Below are positions 8,335 to 17,202 of a stretch of 64,000 nt of DNA, in pieces. The first letter of the stretch is position 1. Each line of letters starts with the position of its first letter. The notes beneath the pieces were generated by a model. That model was given only the letters and a program-made list of their open reading frames with translations, searched no databases and had not been told where the DNA came from. Both the position numbers and the translations under genes were made by a program. Where the stretch lies: positions 14,061 through 78,060 of the forward strand of contig CAYWDX010000002.1 in assembly GCA_964456235.1 (NCBI GenBank), in the 5' to 3' direction. This DNA comes from an uncultured Candidatus Saccharibacteria bacterium (GTDB lineage: Bacteria > Patescibacteriota > Minisyncoccia > UBA6257 > 2-01-FULL-56-20).

Positions 8335-9234
8335 CTATTGCTGGTTGCCGGTGCCGTTCGCCGTCGTTGATGCCGAAACTTTGAGTTCGGCAAGAATATT
8401 CACAATGCTTCGCGCATCGCTGCGTGCCGTGTTCAGGTCGTGCTGTGCCGCAACAATTTTCGAGCGGGCATCTTGCAGCGCCGTCACATTGGCCCGCATC
8501 GCATTTTCGTCGCCGTTATCGGGCGTGAGCGATGCGACTTCATTCACCGCCGCTTGTACCGAAACATTCGCATTCGTAATCTGCGCATTCATATCGGCGA
8601 GTGCCGAAGCTGCCGCGGTCACGTTTGCGCCTGCAGTCTGGGCTTCCGTGACGCGCGCCTGCAATTTGCCGGCGAGCGTGCTCAAATCGGTTCCAACGCC
8701 CTCGATGCGCCCCGCCGCTGCGTCAATCGCCGCGCGCGGCAAGATCAAGGCAAAAATTCGATACGATTGGACGATCGATTTAATGTCCGCCTTGAGCGAA
8801 CTGGTAGCTGAAGAACTCGCATCCGCCATGATCCGCGCTTTGAGCGTCGTCAACGCAGAAATCTGCGCGTTAATTCCGGCAACGATGCTTGCCTGCGTGG
8901 TCGATGAAATCCGCGCCATACCATTGATGCGCGTTTCCATCTCGTTCATCGCATCAATGCGCCGCGTAATTTCCTGATCGGCGCGCTCTTCTGCTCGCTG
9001 GATGATGCTTGCCAATGTCGCGCCCACGGTCGCGCTAAGACCAGTACGCGTTTCAGCATTCGCGCTTACGCCCGCGTTCGCATCCACATTCGTGCCGCCG
9101 TTCGCTGAAGCCGACACGTTCAAGCCGCCCGACGTGTACACGGCCTGCGCCGGCGCAACCACGCCGCCGAACGATGCCAGAAGCGTCGCGACCGCAATCC
9201 CTGCCAAAACATTTGAATGAATAATTTTCATCAT
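8335..9234 (-). CDS. Secreted Ala-rich coiled-coil hypothetical protein
   Basis: Signal peptide (APAQA), long amphipathic helices. Confidence 0.8.
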   Translation of the reverse strand: MMKIIHSNVLAGIAVATLLASFGGVVAPAQAVYTSGGLNVSASANGGTNVDANAGVSANAETRTGLSATVGATLASIIQRAEERADQEITRRIDAMNEMETRINGMARISSTTQASIVAGINAQISALTTLKARIMADASSSATSSLKADIKSIVQSYRIFALILPRAAIDAAAGRIEGVGTDLSTLAGKLQARVTEAQTAGANVTAAASALADMNAQITNANVSVQAAVNEVASLTPDNGDENAMRANVTALQDARSKIVAAQHDLNTARSDARSIVNILAELKVSASTTANGTGNQQ

Positions 9235-9238
9235 GTTA

Positions 9239-9517
9239 TTAGAGTTGTGATTGCGTCACAGACTGGTCGTTGAGCGATTGGTTGATCGAAGCGGAATCGG
9301 AATTAAACCCACTCATCTGCGCATCGATCGTCGCGAGATCCTGATTCAGGTTCGCGTTGCTGTTGCCCGCGGTCAGGTTGCTCGCGCCCGAAGAGCTTGT
9401 TCCGGAATTTGTCGGATACGCGCCGGGAACCGTGGCGGCAATATACCACCACCAGATCACGCCCACCACGATCGCGATAATGACGATCCAGACCGTTGCT
9501 TTTACCGTAGCTGTCAT
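9239..9517 (-). CDS. Small single-TM hypothetical protein
   Basis: ATG at 9517, TM WIVIIAIVVGVIWWWY, co-oriented with the 8335-9234 gene. Confidence 0.7.
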   Translation of the reverse strand: MTATVKATVWIVIIAIVVGVIWWWYIAATVPGAYPTNSGTSSSGASNLTAGNSNANLNQDLATIDAQMSGFNSDSASINQSLNDQSVTQSQL

Positions 9518-9683
9518 TTTTTTGTTAATCTTTTCTTTCGTTTCGTTCAACAGAATCGACCTTTCGAGCCCATGGGGGCTACGCACTTAGTATATCAGCC
9601 AGCTTCATGATGGCTCTATGAAGATGAGCGCAAAAAGCCCTAGACAAAATTTCTCGTTGTCCGATAAAATTCACTAATAATTC

Positions 9684-10298
9684 ATGCGAAGAAAATTATT
9701 GTTATCCGTAACGTTTCCGGCGACTGCGTTCGCCCTTTTATTGTTCCGTCCACTCGTGACCATTTCTCTCGCACCTCTCGCGTCGGCGCCGGCTCCGGTC
9801 GCGGCAAGTATCTCGACGATTGCATCACTTGGGTCAATTACGCAGACCGCGCACGCTGCGGAGCCGCTTGGTGATCCCGCCCGGATTTCGATACCAAGCA
9901 TTTTTTTGGATGATCCAGTTCAACCCCTCGGTTTAAATGCAAAAGGTGAGATGGATGTGCCAAGCAGCGGCACAAAAAATGTTGGATGGTATGAATATGG
10001 GACGATACCGGGCGACATCGGGAGCGCGGTGTTTGATGCGCACGTTTTTGCGGCATTCAGCAAGTTGAATCAGGTAAAAGTGGGGGACGATATTTATGTG
10101 ATGGATGGAAACGGTGCGCAATCGCACTTTAGAGTTTACGAAACGGATATCTACACGCTCGCGAGCGTTCCCCTCAAGCGATTATTCAACGATGCAAGCG
10201 GTCGCTATCTCAATTTGATCACCTGCGCCGGTCAACTGACAGCGGATCATGCCACGTACGATCACCGGCTGGTGGTATACGCCGAGCTTGTAAAATAA
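9684..10298 (+). CDS. Class F sortase
   Basis: VGWYEYGTIPG, DAHV, LNLITC, HRLVVYA (His/Cys/Arg triad). Confidence 0.88.
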   Translation: MRRKLLLSVTFPATAFALLLFRPLVTISLAPLASAPAPVAASISTIASLGSITQTAHAAEPLGDPARISIPSIFLDDPVQPLGLNAKGEMDVPSSGTKNVGWYEYGTIPGDIGSAVFDAHVFAAFSKLNQVKVGDDIYVMDGNGAQSHFRVYETDIYTLASVPLKRLFNDASGRYLNLITCAGQLTADHATYDHRLVVYAELVK

Positions 10299-10325
10299 AA
10301 TTAGGCCGCGCCGCGGCGGCAGCGG

Positions 10326-10949
10326 CTATTCTACCCGCGTCGTGAAAACGACCAGCCGCTTGTCGTATTGATGCTGGGCCTCGATCCAGGTTCCCGTGCA
10401 CGTGATTAAGTTTAAGTGGCTTGTGCTCGAGCTATTAAGAGCGCCATTAAGAAAAATGTCATTCGTCGGCGCATTATACGCTTTTATCGTTGTGGTGGTT
10501 ACCACAAAACGCACCGTTCGTTGCTGAACATCGAGAACATCAACTTCATCGCCGGGCTTCAGCTGATCAAGATAAAAAAATACGGCATACGGTGACGTGA
10601 CTTGATCAAGATGGCCCTCAATCACCGCGGTGCCAAGCGCGCCGGGCACCGGCCCATTTTTATACCAGCCGACCGTGAAAAAACTGCGGGTGACGGCCAT
10701 AAGTCCGTCGCGCGCAATGCCAACCGGCTCTATCACTGCATCTACTTTAATAGAGGGGATCATGAGGCGGGCTGGACTGGCATTTTCTTCGAAAGAATAT
10801 GTGGCGGTGGTGGAGGTCGGAATGGAACTCGCACGAGAACTCGTGACGTTGCTTGCCGCCGCCGCGTCGCGGTTCGTGGCTTGCGAAGCCCATCGTACAA
10901 GAGCCACGGCCGCGGCAAGAACGACCACTAACAAAAATGCTCTTTTCAT
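10326..10949 (-). CDS. Class F sortase
   Basis: VGWYKNGPVPG, EGHLD, LNLITC, KRLVVF; start uncertain. Confidence 0.88.
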   Translation of the reverse strand: MKRAFLLVVVLAAAVALVRWASQATNRDAAAASNVTSSRASSIPTSTTATYSFEENASPARLMIPSIKVDAVIEPVGIARDGLMAVTRSFFTVGWYKNGPVPGALGTAVIEGHLDQVTSPYAVFFYLDQLKPGDEVDVLDVQQRTVRFVVTTTTIKAYNAPTNDIFLNGALNSSSTSHLNLITCTGTWIEAQHQYDKRLVVFTTRVE

Positions 10950-11018
10950 CTCGCTTTCAGCATCGCGACCCACAGATGAACCGGGCATGAAATGCATCGA
11001 ATATGCTACTCTAATATT

Positions 11019-11462
11019 ATGGTTACCGTGCCTATAAATTACTGGGCAGTGCTCGCCGCGGCCGTGGCTCAAATCGTGCTCGGTTCGCTATGGTATGGCC
11101 CGCTTTTTGGCAAGTCATGGGCAGGCCTCATAGGATGGACGCCCGAAGCCATGGAGACGATGAAGCGCGACCCGAAAGGAAAAGCGAAAATGATGCGCGG
11201 TTACATTTTTATGGCCGTCGGTGCATTCCTGATGGCATGGATTTTGGACCACGCAATCATTTTTGCAAGCGCCTATCTTTTGATAACGGGCGTCGCGGCC
11301 GGACTCGCCGTCGGATTTTTGAATTGGCTTGGATTCATCGCGCCGATTTTATTGAGCAGCGTGCTCTGGGAAGGGAAGCCCTGGAAGTTGTGGTTCATTA
11401 ACGCGAGCTACTATCTCGTTGGACTCCTCGTTATGGGGACGATCCTCTCTCTGTGGCGTTAG
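11019..11462 (+). CDS. DUF1761-like membrane protein
   Basis: INYWAVLAAA, GSLWYGPLFGKSW, four TM helices. Confidence 0.8.
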   Translation: MVTVPINYWAVLAAAVAQIVLGSLWYGPLFGKSWAGLIGWTPEAMETMKRDPKGKAKMMRGYIFMAVGAFLMAWILDHAIIFASAYLLITGVAAGLAVGFLNWLGFIAPILLSSVLWEGKPWKLWFINASYYLVGLLVMGTILSLWR

Positions 11463-11947
11463 AAAGATTTACTCGACAAGAGGAGAATCGAATCCGAATA
11501 TATTTTCGCGTCAGCGTTTTCCTGAAGGGCGCATTTTCGGCTGTTGAATCCTTGGGCGGCGTCCTCGCGTTCTTTGTGCCACTCTCGTATTTCACAGATT
11601 TTGTCGCTCGGTATGCGCAGGGAGAGCTCGCGGAGGATCCTGGAGATTATTTGGCAACCCACCTGCTGCATTTCGCTCATCAGTTCTCAATTACGAGCAG
11701 CGTCTTTATCGGAATTTATCTCTTGAGCCGAGGGTTGATCAAGTTGGGTTTGGTCATAGCGCTACTCAAGAATAAATTGTGGGCTTACCCCAGCTCCCTC
11801 GCGCTTCTCACGCTCTTTGTGTTGTACCAGATATATCAGATTACGGTGAGCTACTCGACGTTCATCACCCTGCTCACGCTGTTCGATTTAGTCGTCATGT
11901 GGTCGATCTGGAAGGAATACGAGGTATTGCGTTCCAGCCGGGGTTAA
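11453..11947 (+). CDS. DUF2127-like membrane protein
   Basis: LKGAFSAVESLGG, ELAEDPGD, KLWAYP, YQIY. Confidence 0.75.
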   Translation: MALERFTRQEENRIRIYFRVSVFLKGAFSAVESLGGVLAFFVPLSYFTDFVARYAQGELAEDPGDYLATHLLHFAHQFSITSSVFIGIYLLSRGLIKLGLVIALLKNKLWAYPSSLALLTLFVLYQIYQITVSYSTFITLLTLFDLVVMWSIWKEYEVLRSSRG

Positions 11948-11992
11948 ATTATTGCGCCATCATATAAGGCCACGGGAATTAATAAAAAACAA

Positions 11993-12015
11993 CGCCGCCC
12001 TATTACGAGGCGGCG
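11993..12015 (-). terminator. Intrinsic terminator overlapping the stop of the 12003-12575 gene
   Basis: CGCCGCC/GGCGGCG stem with an adjacent A-run (U-tract on the minus strand). Confidence 0.55.
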
Positions 12016-12575
12016 AAGGAACTGCGTCTGAAATATTTCTGTGCACCAAGGCCGAGGATCAGCAGGCACAGGAGCGCGGCTCCGCTCGGGTAAAAGCGGT
12101 CGCGCACAGCCCACTCTTTCCCGCCGAGAACCGTGAAGGCATTCGCGAGGAAGAACCCGACATAACTACTCATCGGAACTTCGTGCGGCTTCTGGTAGCA
12201 GTCGACGAGGAGGGGAATGGTCGCAATCCCTATCGCGGTAGTGCTCGCGATCGTTGCGACATAGGGTCCGGAGTGCACCCAGATGATCATACAGATCACG
12301 GCGAGGAGCGTGACCGTGGTTTCAAACCATTTCCACGTCCTCTCGCAGCATCGCCAGATGCACAGGGCCGTAACTCCGCTGCCGACCGTATAGATGACCG
12401 GCAGCCAGAAGCTGCCATGTTGGAAAGCGATGCTCGCAGCGACGATGCCGTCGAGCGTTGCCCAGAGGATCCACGTGGCAAAGTTTTGCTTCACGTTGCC
12501 CCGGAGGATCTCGCGGCACAGTGGTGGATACATCAGGATACCGATCAGGTTTCCCAGAAATCCAAACCAGTTCAC
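12003..12575 (-). CDS. Multi-TM hypothetical protein (PQ-loop-like duplication)
   Basis: About six hydrophobic helices; SD-like GAAAGGGGTG before the GTG start; TTGACA promoter upstream. Confidence 0.65.
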   Translation of the reverse strand: MNWFGFLGNLIGILMYPPLCREILRGNVKQNFATWILWATLDGIVAASIAFQHGSFWLPVIYTVGSGVTALCIWRCCERTWKWFETTVTLLAVICMIIWVHSGPYVATIASTTAIGIATIPLLVDCYQKPHEVPMSSYVGFFLANAFTVLGGKEWAVRDRFYPSGAALLCLLILGLGAQKYFRRSSFAAS

Positions 12576-12657
12576 GCGAACACCCCTTTCAGTAGAAATT
12601 TCAGAACGTTAGGATCTGGAGATGTGATAACTTATTGCCACTATTTTGTCAAGCTAA

Positions 12658-13275
12658 TTATTTGATTACCAGCAATATCGCTGCCAAAGCTGCCATGCCG
12701 AAATCTTCGACAATCGTAATTTTTGTAAGAGGCACCTTAAGAAAAGTGCCGAGACATACACACTGGAATTCCTCATGCTTTGCGAGTTGAATAGCGACCC
12801 CCGCGCCGCTCAATACCATAATGATGATTTCCGCCCAGAGGAGTTGGGGATTTTGATAATTGATTATCATCGCAATGCCAAAGAAAAGTTCTATGAAAGG
12901 GTATACGTATCCATAGAAGAACACTTTCTTTGCGAGGATGTCGTATGTTGAATATCCGGCGGCGAATCCCTTGAGATCCATGATCTTGAATGCGGAGAAT
13001 ATCAGAAAAAATCCAGCCATAAAGTAACCAATCAGGTGATCTAGAAAAACAGGACCAAACCCATATTGAATAGTTGAGATGATAATGCTTGCGAGTAAAA
13101 TGGAGCCGATGATTGCAATGAGCGGTAGATAGTTCTTCCACGTCAAAGAACCAAGGCCCCTGTCGTCAGAATGGGTGGTTTTTGTTCCCGCGAGAACAAG
13201 CGCCATGCCGCACTTTGGGCAGCGGCCCGGCTCATCGCGAACTATATCGGGATGCATGGGGCAGGTGTATTGCAT
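12658..13275 (-). CDS. Heavy-metal-binding (CPMH) domain fused to a MauE/DoxX-like membrane domain
   Basis: YTCPMHP..CPKCGM; [28 protein letters not shown]. Confidence 0.82.
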   Translation of the reverse strand: MQYTCPMHPDIVRDEPGRCPKCGMALVLAGTKTTHSDDRGLGSLTWKNYLPLIAIIGSILLASIIISTIQYGFGPVFLDHLIGYFMAGFFLIFSAFKIMDLKGFAAGYSTYDILAKKVFFYGYVYPFIELFFGIAMIINYQNPQLLWAEIIIMVLSGAGVAIQLAKHEEFQCVCLGTFLKVPLTKITIVEDFGMAALAAILLVIK

Positions 13276-13310
13276 GGCTTAATAATACGTCATTTTAAAT
13301 CTAAGTTCTT

Positions 13311-13440
13311 ATCCTGGAGCCACCCATCCTTACAGTCTGGGTTGGGTACACTACCCGGCGAGGCTCTTTGGTCTCTCAAGACTGTACTCTCCGGTCTAGT
13401 ACCGCCACCGTTCAAGCCCTGTAAGCGTTCTTAGGGGGTC
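13311..13440 (+). ncRNA. Candidate rod-like structured RNA (6S-like?)
   Basis: Non-coding; CTTACAG/CTGTAAG, GGTAC/GTACC, CCGG/CCGG, TCTT/AAGA nested stems; 3' strand CCACC..GTTCAAG..CTGTAA reminiscent of 6S RNAs. Confidence 0.35.
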
Positions 13441-13449
13441 GTTGGAGGG

Positions 13450-13470
13450 GAGAATTGACCCGTCTCGGTC
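13450..13470 (+). repeat. Imperfect direct repeat, left copy
   Basis: GAGAATTGACCCGTCTCGGTC; 17/21 identical to 14690-14710. Confidence 0.55.
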
Positions 13471-13529
13471 ATGGGGATTTAAAAGTCTTCGTTTGACTGA
13501 TTAATTGAGATGGTATTGAATTACTCTAC

Positions 13530-14126
13530 ATGGCAAAAAATAGTAGTGAATCAAATCTTGAAAAGAAGCTCGCTGCAATAAAAGTTATTGCGAAGGAGCT
13601 TGAGGAACTCAATGAAGAAGATCGTGCAGACGTTCTCTCTTTTGTCTTAAAGCAAGTGAAAATTGATGGTCCAATATTGAATGGAGATCATCCACTCCTA
13701 ACTCCGCAGCCAAATTTCCCAATCGTTTCTGGCGGGAACGATACGACTATAAGCGAATCAATGGATGAATTTGTGAGCAAGAAAAAACCCGCTGACCTCT
13801 ATCAACGCGTCACAGTCATCGCCTTCTATTTGAAATTTAAGGAAGGTAAAGACGAATTTAAAAATGCTGAAATGGACAAAATAAATACTGCCCAGGCGCG
13901 ACAACCAAAAATTGGGAATATTGCTGACGTCATTGCTAAAGCTCAAAATCGTTATAGATTTTTGACAAGAGGTATTTCACCTGCGACTCATCAGCTTAGC
14001 ATTCTAGGAGAAGAAATAGTTAGCGCATTGCCTAATCAAGATGAGGTAAAAAGAATTATCAAAGAGGGTAAACCTCAGCGGAAGAGGCGAAAACCGATAA
14101 AGAAAGCCAAAGCAGCTACTGACTAA
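13530..14126 (+). CDS. Hypothetical protein, possible winged-helix DNA-binding domain; AT-rich islet
   Basis: 198-aa ORF with atypical composition; helical N-terminus, ends LSILGEEIV (wing-like), basic tail. Confidence 0.7.
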   Translation: MAKNSSESNLEKKLAAIKVIAKELEELNEEDRADVLSFVLKQVKIDGPILNGDHPLLTPQPNFPIVSGGNDTTISESMDEFVSKKKPADLYQRVTVIAFYLKFKEGKDEFKNAEMDKINTAQARQPKIGNIADVIAKAQNRYRFLTRGISPATHQLSILGEEIVSALPNQDEVKRIIKEGKPQRKRRKPIKKAKAATD

Positions 14127-14155
14127 TTTTAAGGTTGCTTTTTCACGATGGAGCG

Positions 14156-14662
14156 ATGTCGAATAAAATTTTAGATCGAAGCAAGTGGCCTAGTATTAAA
14201 AACGCGAGTTTTCTAAATGTTTTAGATGCAGTTGCAGACCGCTCTTACAAACGAAAGACAACCGAAGGTTATTTAGCGGCTCTGTTGATTTACCAGCAGT
14301 TGGTAGAGGAAATTGTTCGGATGCTCATCTGGAATTCTGAATTTTTGGTCGAATGTCGAATTTATCCATTTCAGATAAATTTTAGGAAACATGACGAAAA
14401 AATGTTTAGAGAATTGATGCGTGATCTGATGGTTTGCGTTAATTTTCCGCAAAAACAGAAATTGCTTTTTTATTGCCAAAAACTGAATAAAATAAGAAAT
14501 TTGGGTGTTCACAAAATTACGCAACAAAAAAATCTTGCTGAAATACGTAAAACGGTTAAAGATGCGAGGATTATTTATTCTGATATATATAACTTGTTCA
14601 TTCCCGCTCGTGATTATTTTCGTGTCATCTTCGGTCAACTTGAAAAAGAGAATCAAAGATAG
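14156..14662 (+). CDS. HEPN-like all-helical protein; AT-rich islet
   Basis: LVEEIVR helix and RNLGVH (R-x4-H) motif; GGAG upstream of ATG 14156. Confidence 0.6.
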   Translation: MSNKILDRSKWPSIKNASFLNVLDAVADRSYKRKTTEGYLAALLIYQQLVEEIVRMLIWNSEFLVECRIYPFQINFRKHDEKMFRELMRDLMVCVNFPQKQKLLFYCQKLNKIRNLGVHKITQQKNLAEIRKTVKDARIIYSDIYNLFIPARDYFRVIFGQLEKENQR

Positions 14663-14689
14663 AATCGGAACTTCAGGATTATTCAGGAA

Positions 14690-14710
14690 GAGAATTGACA
14701 CTCCCCGGTC
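14690..14710 (+). repeat. Imperfect direct repeat, right copy
   Basis: GAGAATTGACACTCCCCGGTC, 1240 bp from the left copy and 25 bp from the tRNA-Gln 3' end. Confidence 0.55.
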
Positions 14711-14735
14711 TTACTCGATACTGCGCTGACTGCTG

Positions 14736-14806
14736 CTGCCGGGCCTGGATTCGAACCAAGATACCCGCGTCCAGAGCGCGGAGTCCTACCATTAGACGAC
14801 CCGGCA
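14736..14806 (-). tRNA. tRNA-Gln(CTG), CCA not encoded
   Basis: TGCCGGG/CCCGGCA acceptor, CCGCG-CTCTGGA-CGCGG anticodon arm, GTTCGAATC T-loop. Confidence 0.96.
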
Positions 14807-14891
14807 ATTCATGCGCGCTATGAGTCGCGCCGCGTTGTAAGGGCAGATTATGCCAGCAAAATGCGCTGCAGTCGTATGGTACAATGAAAAC

Positions 14892-16124
14892 ATGCGCGAT
14901 ATCAAATCGCTCGGGCCGCTCATTGAAGAGCAACTCAAGTTACCGGTTGACCAAATTTCCATAATTAAATTGGTCGACATGCTCGTCTCGTATGCCTATA
15001 GCACCCGCGCGTCCGACGTCCATATCGAACCGGCCGAGGACCGCGTGCGCATCCGCTACCGCGTGGATGGCCTACTCTACGATGCTTTCCCGGACACGCC
15101 CGTTCACCCCGATCTGCACCCAGAAATCATCAGCCGCATCAAGGTTTTATCGGGTTTGCGCACGGACGAACACTTGCTGCCGCAGGACGGCCGCTTTCGC
15201 GTAAAAATCGAGGACTTCGGCGACGTCGACGTGCGCGTTTCCATCATGCCAACCTATTACGACGAGAACGCAATCTTGCGCGTTCTCGCCGGCACGCAAA
15301 ATTTTGCTTTGAAAGACCTCGGCTTTTCCGAAATTGATCTCAAGAAAATCCAATCGGCCGTTTCGAAACCCTATGGGATGATTCTCGCGAACGGCCCAAC
15401 CGGTTCGGGGAAGACGACAACGCTTTACACTATATTAAAGCAGCTCAACCGGCCGGAAGTTTCTATTATCACCATTGAAGATCCGATTGAATACTCGTTG
15501 CCTGGCCCCACACAGATTCAGACGAACGCCGAAGTCGGTCTCACCTTTGCCGCCGGTTTGCGTTCCATTTTGCGCCAAGATCCGAACATCGTGATGGTCG
15601 GCGAAATCCGCGATGAAGAGACAGCATCGATTGCGGTGAATGCAGCGCTCACCGGCCACCTCGTACTCTCCACCCTTCACACGAACGACGCCGCGACCAC
15701 ATTCCCACGCCTCCTCGACATGGGCGTCCCGCCATTTCTCGTCGCCTCCACCGTGAACGTAGCCATCGGGCAGCGCCTCATGCGCAAGCTCTGCCAAACC
15801 TGCAAAGTCGAACGCGAACTCTCGATGGAAGAGCTCGGCAGTTTGATGGAGATCATTCCCGAGGTCAGCCAGAAAATGAAATTCTTTGCACCGAAAGGTT
15901 GCTCGGAGTGCAATAATACTGGCTACACGGATCGCTTCGGCATCCATGAGATCATCGAGGTGAATGACGAGATCCGCGAAATTGTGATGAAGCGCGGCAA
16001 TGCGCGCGAGATCAAAGCGGCCGCGATTCGGAACGGCATGACCACAATGATTCAAGACGCGCTTTCAAAAGCTTCGCAGGGATTCACGTCGGTGGAAGAA
16101 ATTCTACGCGTGATTCATGAGTAA
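14892..16124 (+). CDS. pilB: Type IV pilus/T2SS assembly ATPase (PilB/GspE family)
   Basis: ASDVHIEP, PQDGR, GPTGSGKTTT, EDPIEY, LRQDP, zinc Cys pairs. Confidence 0.93.
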   Translation: MRDIKSLGPLIEEQLKLPVDQISIIKLVDMLVSYAYSTRASDVHIEPAEDRVRIRYRVDGLLYDAFPDTPVHPDLHPEIISRIKVLSGLRTDEHLLPQDGRFRVKIEDFGDVDVRVSIMPTYYDENAILRVLAGTQNFALKDLGFSEIDLKKIQSAVSKPYGMILANGPTGSGKTTTLYTILKQLNRPEVSIITIEDPIEYSLPGPTQIQTNAEVGLTFAAGLRSILRQDPNIVMVGEIRDEETASIAVNAALTGHLVLSTLHTNDAATTFPRLLDMGVPPFLVASTVNVAIGQRLMRKLCQTCKVERELSMEELGSLMEIIPEVSQKMKFFAPKGCSECNNTGYTDRFGIHEIIEVNDEIREIVMKRGNAREIKAAAIRNGMTTMIQDALSKASQGFTSVEEILRVIHE

Positions 16125-17202
16125 CCAGAAGTCAGCCGGGCTGCTTTCTAAAATTTTTGACCGCATCACCGTCCAGGAGCGGATCAATTTCGCGCGCCAC
16201 CTCGCGCTCGTCATCAAGGCGGGCCTCCCGATTTATGAAGGTCTTAAGATTATCCAAACGCAAAGCACCTCAAAAGTTTTGAACAAGGTGGTTGGGGAAT
16301 TGATGGAGAGCGTGAATAGTGGAAAATTTTTGGCAGAAGGGTTGCAGCGGTATGAACACTTGTTCGGCCCGTTCTTCATCAATATTGTGCGCGTCGGCGA
16401 ATCGAGCGGGACGCTTTCAAAAAACCTTTTGTATCTTGCCGAGGAATTGAGGCGAGAAAAAGAATTAGAAACAAAAGTGCGTTCAGCGATGGTTTACCCG
16501 CTCGTGATTCTCGTTGCAACGCTTGGCGTCGCGGGGTTCCTTACCTTCTACGTGTTTCCCAAACTCGTCCCCGTTTTTGGCAGCCTGAACATTCAGCTGC
16601 CGGTCACGACGCGCATCCTCCTTGCGATTCTCGACTTCCTTCGCAACTACGGCTTCGGGGCGCTCGTTGGTGTGGCCGCGCTCGTCGTCGGCGTTCGGGT
16701 CCTCATAAAAAAAGTGGCGCCGGTGCGATACATTATCGATGAATCACTCGTCTTTATTCCGGTCGTTTCCGACCTTACGGTGAGCGTGAATATGGTGAAC
16801 TTCGCGCGCGTCCTCGGCCTGCTCTTGAAGAGCGGCGTAAAAATTGTCGAAGCGCTTGAGATTACGAAAAATACGTTCGGCAATTTGGTGTACCAACGCA
16901 TCTTGCATCTGGCAGGCGACACCATGAAGCAAGGAGGCGAACTCGGCAGCTATTTGATGCAAAAAAAACGCTACTTCCCGCCGCTCGTTTCGGGCATGGT
17001 GCGCATCGGCGAGAGCACGGGCAACCTCGAAGAAAACCTAGAATATCTTTCCGAATATTATGACGACGAAGTCGATACGAAGCTTCACTCGCTCACGTCG
17101 CTTATCGAGCCGCTCATGCTCCTCGTGATGGGCTTGCTGGTAGGATTCGTCGCCCTCTCTATTATTACGCCGATCTATTCCATTTCGCAGGGCATCCACT
17201 AA
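16117..17202 (+). CDS. pilC: Type IV pilus platform protein (PilC/GspF)
   Basis: VGESSGTL, AMVYP, IGESTGNL, LIEP. Confidence 0.92.
   Translation: MSNQKSAGLLSKIFDRITVQERINFARHLALVIKAGLPIYEGLKIIQTQSTSKVLNKVVGELMESVNSGKFLAEGLQRYEHLFGPFFINIVRVGESSGTLSKNLLYLAEELRREKELETKVRSAMVYPLVILVATLGVAGFLTFYVFPKLVPVFGSLNIQLPVTTRILLAILDFLRNYGFGALVGVAALVVGVRVLIKKVAPVRYIIDESLVFIPVVSDLTVSVNMVNFARVLGLLLKSGVKIVEALEITKNTFGNLVYQRILHLAGDTMKQGGELGSYLMQKKRYFPPLVSGMVRIGESTGNLEENLEYLSEYYDDEVDTKLHSLTSLIEPLMLLVMGLLVGFVALSIITPIYSISQGIH

Noticed and set aside
7631-8384. ORFs 7631-7951(-), 7985-8290(-) and 8133-8384(+)
   Set aside because: Short, unprotein-like sequences with no start signals; two run through the terminators. 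Better explained as chance frames over an RNA gene.
8204-8977. Long antisense ORFs here and elsewhere (e.g. 3196-3909, 49100-49831, 62847-63626)
   Set aside because: Shadow frames of clear genes on the opposite strand.
13450-14710. Possible CRISPR repeats (AATTGAC core)
   Set aside because: Only two degenerate copies, 1.2 kb apart; no array and no cas genes.
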